NCBI GenBank assembly: GCA_029907315.1
Contig: JARYME010000002.1
Span: 1,581-65,580 of the forward strand
Origin: Armatimonadota bacterium
GTDB lineage: Bacteria; Armatimonadota; UBA5829
DNA length: 64,000 nt
Reading direction: 5' to 3'
In this document: in pieces, positions 60,505 through 64,000 of the stretch
How the letters are laid out: the number at the start of each line of letters is the position of its first letter
Numbering within the stretch: position 1 is the stretch's first letter
Program-made: the position numbers and the translations under genes
The notes under the pieces: model-generated
What the model was told of the DNA's origin: nothing
What the model saw: only the letters and a program-made list of their open reading frames with translations
Databases searched by the model: none

Positions 60505-61452
60505 ATGATAACCACGGTTACCCTCAACCCTGCAGTCGACAAGACCGTCTACGTTTCTAAACTGACACCCCACGACACAAACCGCATACTAAGAGTTGAG
60601 ACAGATGCCGGCGGCAAGGGCATCAATTGTGCGAGAATGCTCAAGCGACTGGGAGCTGAGACGGCTGCAGTAGCGTTTCTCGGCGGGGCCGCAGGGGATT
60701 TCATCGAGACGGTCCTCGCAAGAGAAGGGGTGCCTTTGCACAGGATCGAGACATCGCGACCGACGCGCAACTGCATAGCCATCGAAGAAGAACAAACCGA
60801 TCAACCACCTACGACACTCAACGAAAAAGGCGGTCCAATTGATCACTCCGAACTGGTGGCTATGTTCGAAAAGACCAAGGAGCTGGCACGTCGAAGTACA
60901 TACGTAGTGTTCGGAGGCAGCATCCCGCTAGGCGTAAATGATGACGTATACAACGTGCTCGTCCAGATTGCTTCCAACGCAAAAGCTAAGTCCGTGTTAG
61001 ATGCCGATGGTGAATTGCTCGCCGAAGGCATCAAGGCCAAACCGTTCATGGTCAAGCCGAACCTGGAGGAAGCAGAGCGTCTCCTCAACGTTACCTGTAG
61101 GTCAAAGGCTGATGTCGCCCGAGCAGCGCTGAGGCTTGCCGAAATGGGTGTGGAGCTGGTCGTTATATCTCTCGGCAAACATGGGGCAATCGCTTGCTGT
61201 CAGGGTGTGATCTATGATGCCGTGCCGCCGGATGTTCAAGAGCGAAGCACTATAGGCTCGGGGGACTCAATGGTTGCTGGTATGGTGTTCGCGTTGGAAC
61301 GCGGCATGAGCATCGAGGAAGCGCTGAGGTTGGGCTGCGCTGCCGGCGCAGCGACAGCGATGAGCAGCGGCGCGGATATCGGCAGCAGGGAGGACGTCGA
61401 CAGATTGGTAAACCAGGTAAGGGTAAAGAGGATGGAACCCAGCAGAGGGTAG
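60505..61452 (+). CDS. 1-phosphofructokinase family hexose kinase (PfkB family)
   Basis: TVTLNPAVD, AGGKGIN, KPNLEE, STIGSGDSMVAG. Confidence 0.92.
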   Translation: MITTVTLNPAVDKTVYVSKLTPHDTNRILRVETDAGGKGINCARMLKRLGAETAAVAFLGGAAGDFIETVLAREGVPLHRIETSRPTRNCIAIEEEQTDQPPTTLNEKGGPIDHSELVAMFEKTKELARRSTYVVFGGSIPLGVNDDVYNVLVQIASNAKAKSVLDADGELLAEGIKAKPFMVKPNLEEAERLLNVTCRSKADVARAALRLAEMGVELVVISLGKHGAIACCQGVIYDAVPPDVQERSTIGSGDSMVAGMVFALERGMSIEEALRLGCAAGAATAMSSGADIGSREDVDRLVNQVRVKRMEPSRG

Positions 61453-61572
61453 GGGCGGGACGTAAGCGTTGCGGCGATGTCAAACTACGGGTGCAGTTAA
61501 TGATGGTTGTACCAATTGACACAGCGCTGGTAAGGGGGTAAAGTAGTATTGAGGTGCTAGGCCTCAGGAGAG

Positions 61573-61905
61573 GTGGCTGACAGATTGAAGCTCCAGGAGT
61601 TCAGAAAACTTGTAAAAGAGGAGTTTGGTGAGGGATTGGAGCATGCAACCCCGGCCAACGTCCGGGAGTTCGTAGATCGAATAGAAAACGAAATCCTGCA
61701 AACCAAGTTCTCTCACCGTATTGTGCTGAGTGAAGAGTGCACTTCGTATGAGGAAGTCATAAAAGATTTCTTCGCGAAAACGCTCGAGCTTCCACCTGAG
61801 GAAGCTATGGCTGCGCTGTGGACTCTAGCCCTTGACCTTGCCTTTGCCGCTATCGAATCGCAATACTCCGACCGATTTGCTTCACTTTTCCAGGACATAG
61901 AGTAA
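61573..61905 (+). CDS. Hypothetical helical protein (110 aa)
   Basis: RBS AGGAGA; upstream TTGACA-N16-TAAAGT; the ORF fills the gap between known genes. Confidence 0.7.
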   Translation: MADRLKLQEFRKLVKEEFGEGLEHATPANVREFVDRIENEILQTKFSHRIVLSEECTSYEEVIKDFFAKTLELPPEEAMAALWTLALDLAFAAIESQYSDRFASLFQDIE

Positions 61906-62084
61906 TCTCCTCGCGTATTGTGTGATTTCGCTCAGTGGTCCATTAGTTTACTGAGCAAAGGTCCCAAAGTGTCGGTTGCTTTGTTGTTTTGACCTCCGTT
62001 CTGGGTTCGCAGATCGGGTGGATACGTGATACAATATCTCCTACCATCCTTTTGTCAAAACCACGTATTTGAAAGGGAGCAGCT

Positions 62085-63941
62085 ATGAATAAGTTCTATC
62101 CGTCAAACCGTCTGCCGCTCGCGCCGTCGGCATTTTGTTTTCTGCCTCTTGGCAGCGTGAAGCCAACCGGGTGGCTCAGGAGACAGCTGGAGATTCAGGC
62201 AACTGGGCTTACCGGAAATTTGCCGAAGTTTTGGGATTCGCTTGGCCCAAATAGCGGTTGGCTTGGTGGGGACGGCGAAAGCTGGGAACGTGGCCCTTAC
62301 TATATGGACGGTTTGGTTCCTCTTGCTTACCTTCTCGGCGACAGGGATCTTATAGCTGAGGCTGAGAAGTGGATCGGTTGGACGCTTAGCAGCCAGAACG
62401 AGTTTGGTCATATAGGACCAAAATCTCTTGACGACTGGTGGCCGTGCGGTGTAGTGCTCAAGGCTCTCACGCAGTACTACGAAGCAACTTCTGACGCTCG
62501 AGTGATACCACTGATGGAGCACTTTTTCGCTTTCATGCTGCGCGAGTTGCCCCACAATCATCTGCGGTCGTGGGCGATAATGCGCTGGGCTGATACTGCT
62601 TTGTCGATTATTTGGCTGTATAACCGCTGTGGTGACCCAATGCTTCTTCACTTAGCGCATGTGCTCGCGGAGCAGGGTTATAATTGGACACATCACTTCC
62701 AGGAATTCGGCTACACGCAGAAACAAGCTTTCAGGTTTCCGCTCAGCACTCACGTAGTTAACAATGCTATGGCAGTGAAGACTCCGGCCGTTGCCTACGT
62801 CCTGACTGGTTGGGAGGAGCACCGTCGAGGATCGTATCGCGCAATAGATATGCTTGACACTTACCACGGCACTGTTGTAGGCACTTTCACTGGCGACGAA
62901 CACTACGCTGGCAAAGATCCATCTCAGGGGACAGAGCTTTGTGCTGTCGTCGAGTATATGTTTTCCCTCGAAAACTTGCTCCAGATTCTAGGAGACCCGG
63001 TATTCGGCGACCGTCTGGAGAAGATAGCTTATAACGCCCTTCCTGCAACTTTTACCGGAGACATGTGGGCACACCAGTACGATCAACAGGTGAACCAGGT
63101 CCTATGTACGGTTGCGAAACGAAATTGGACCAACAACGGAGATTGGTCAAACATTTTCGGCTTGGAGCCCAATTTCGGCTGCTGCACAGCAAACATGCAT
63201 CAGGGCTGGCCGAAATTCGCTGCCAATTTGTGGATGGCCACACACGACAACGGCTTGGCTGCTGTCGCATACGCGCCGTGCACGGTTAGTGCAAAGGTGG
63301 CGGATGGGAAGGACGTTCGACTTGACGTCGAGACGGACTACCCGTTCGACGAAGAGATTCGCATAGTTGTTTCGACAGACGAAGACGTAGAGTTTCCAAT
63401 GGTGCTGCGCATACCAGGTTGGGCCGAGGGAGCTGTGGTGAATGGGCAAGCCGTGGAACCAGGTTCGTTCTTTAGGCTCCACAGGAAATGGAGCAACGGG
63501 GACTCGGTAGAAATCGAGTTCCCGATGCGCGTGGAGACGGAGCGACGTTACCACGACTCAGTCGCGATAAAAAGGGGACCGCTCGTATATTCGCTACGGA
63601 TCGGTGAGCGGTGGGAGAAGATTGCAGGCGAGGAACCTCACGCTGACTACGCTGTATACCCGACTACGCCTTGGAACTATGGATTGCAGATTGATCCCGT
63701 TAACCCACAAGTCGAGATTGTGAAGAAGAGCATCGGTAGCATAATATTCGATTCGAAAAGTGCGCCGATCGAAATGCGGGTTAAGGGCCGAAGGGTTCCT
63801 GAGTGGCAGCTCGAACAAAACTCTGCCGGTCCGCTGCCGCCAAGTCCTGTAAAGTCTTCAGAGCCCCTGGAGGAGCTTACGCTTATTCCCTACGGTTGCG
63901 CTAAGCTCAGAGTAACCGAGTTTCCGTTGATTCAGGATTAG
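62085..63941 (+). CDS. GH127 beta-L-arabinofuranosidase-like protein
   Basis: P.GWL..QL, WERGPY, HVVN, GDEH, TELC..VE, DRLEKIAYNALP, CCTANMHQGWPK, LIPYG...LR. Confidence 0.88.
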   Translation: MNKFYPSNRLPLAPSAFCFLPLGSVKPTGWLRRQLEIQATGLTGNLPKFWDSLGPNSGWLGGDGESWERGPYYMDGLVPLAYLLGDRDLIAEAEKWIGWTLSSQNEFGHIGPKSLDDWWPCGVVLKALTQYYEATSDARVIPLMEHFFAFMLRELPHNHLRSWAIMRWADTALSIIWLYNRCGDPMLLHLAHVLAEQGYNWTHHFQEFGYTQKQAFRFPLSTHVVNNAMAVKTPAVAYVLTGWEEHRRGSYRAIDMLDTYHGTVVGTFTGDEHYAGKDPSQGTELCAVVEYMFSLENLLQILGDPVFGDRLEKIAYNALPATFTGDMWAHQYDQQVNQVLCTVAKRNWTNNGDWSNIFGLEPNFGCCTANMHQGWPKFAANLWMATHDNGLAAVAYAPCTVSAKVADGKDVRLDVETDYPFDEEIRIVVSTDEDVEFPMVLRIPGWAEGAVVNGQAVEPGSFFRLHRKWSNGDSVEIEFPMRVETERRYHDSVAIKRGPLVYSLRIGERWEKIAGEEPHADYAVYPTTPWNYGLQIDPVNPQVEIVKKSIGSIIFDSKSAPIEMRVKGRRVPEWQLEQNSAGPLPPSPVKSSEPLEELTLIPYGCAKLRVTEFPLIQD

Positions 63942-64000
63942 GTTTTTGCCTGGTTTAAAGTGCGCCAACTGGCCACCAAAGTGGCGGCCGGTTGGCCTTT

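Overview
A bacterial chromosomal window, gene-dense, with no rRNA, tRNA, CRISPR array, transposase or phage gene recognised. The lineage is inferred to be anaerobic or facultatively anaerobic Armatimonadota-like, from three standalone prepilin/DUF1559 genes, an HTH-only LuxR and many secreted carbohydrate-active proteins; this is not verified. Housekeeping genes include the 3' part of proS, pyk, gap-pgk-tpiA, hisI, guaB, nfo, hemW and hpf-fba-pfkB. Redox and oxygen-defence genes include Grx-TrxR, TlpA, rubrerythrin, a flavodiiron protein and WrbA. A complete HdrCBA-FlxDCBA electron-bifurcation gene set is interrupted twice by unrelated genes. Glycan enzymes are scattered: GH99-like, GH172, GH94-like, GH127 and a beta-propeller GH. 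Most notable observations: (1) a LacI-regulated, translationally coupled operon encoding a 660-aa transaldolase-fold protein whose catalytic residues match neither transaldolase nor fructose-6-phosphate aldolase, plus an uncharacterised secreted TIM-barrel-like protein; (2) a eukaryote-type IMP dehydrogenase; (3) an mraZ detached from the dcw cluster, sharing a consensus promoter carrying 10-bp-phased MraZ-like boxes with an unknown Zn-finger gene; (4) the split Hdr-Flx locus; (5) a Tat-exported Gfo/Idh/MocA pair, one lacking the EKP lysine, next to apbE. All calls come from reading motifs by eye; no database searches were run.
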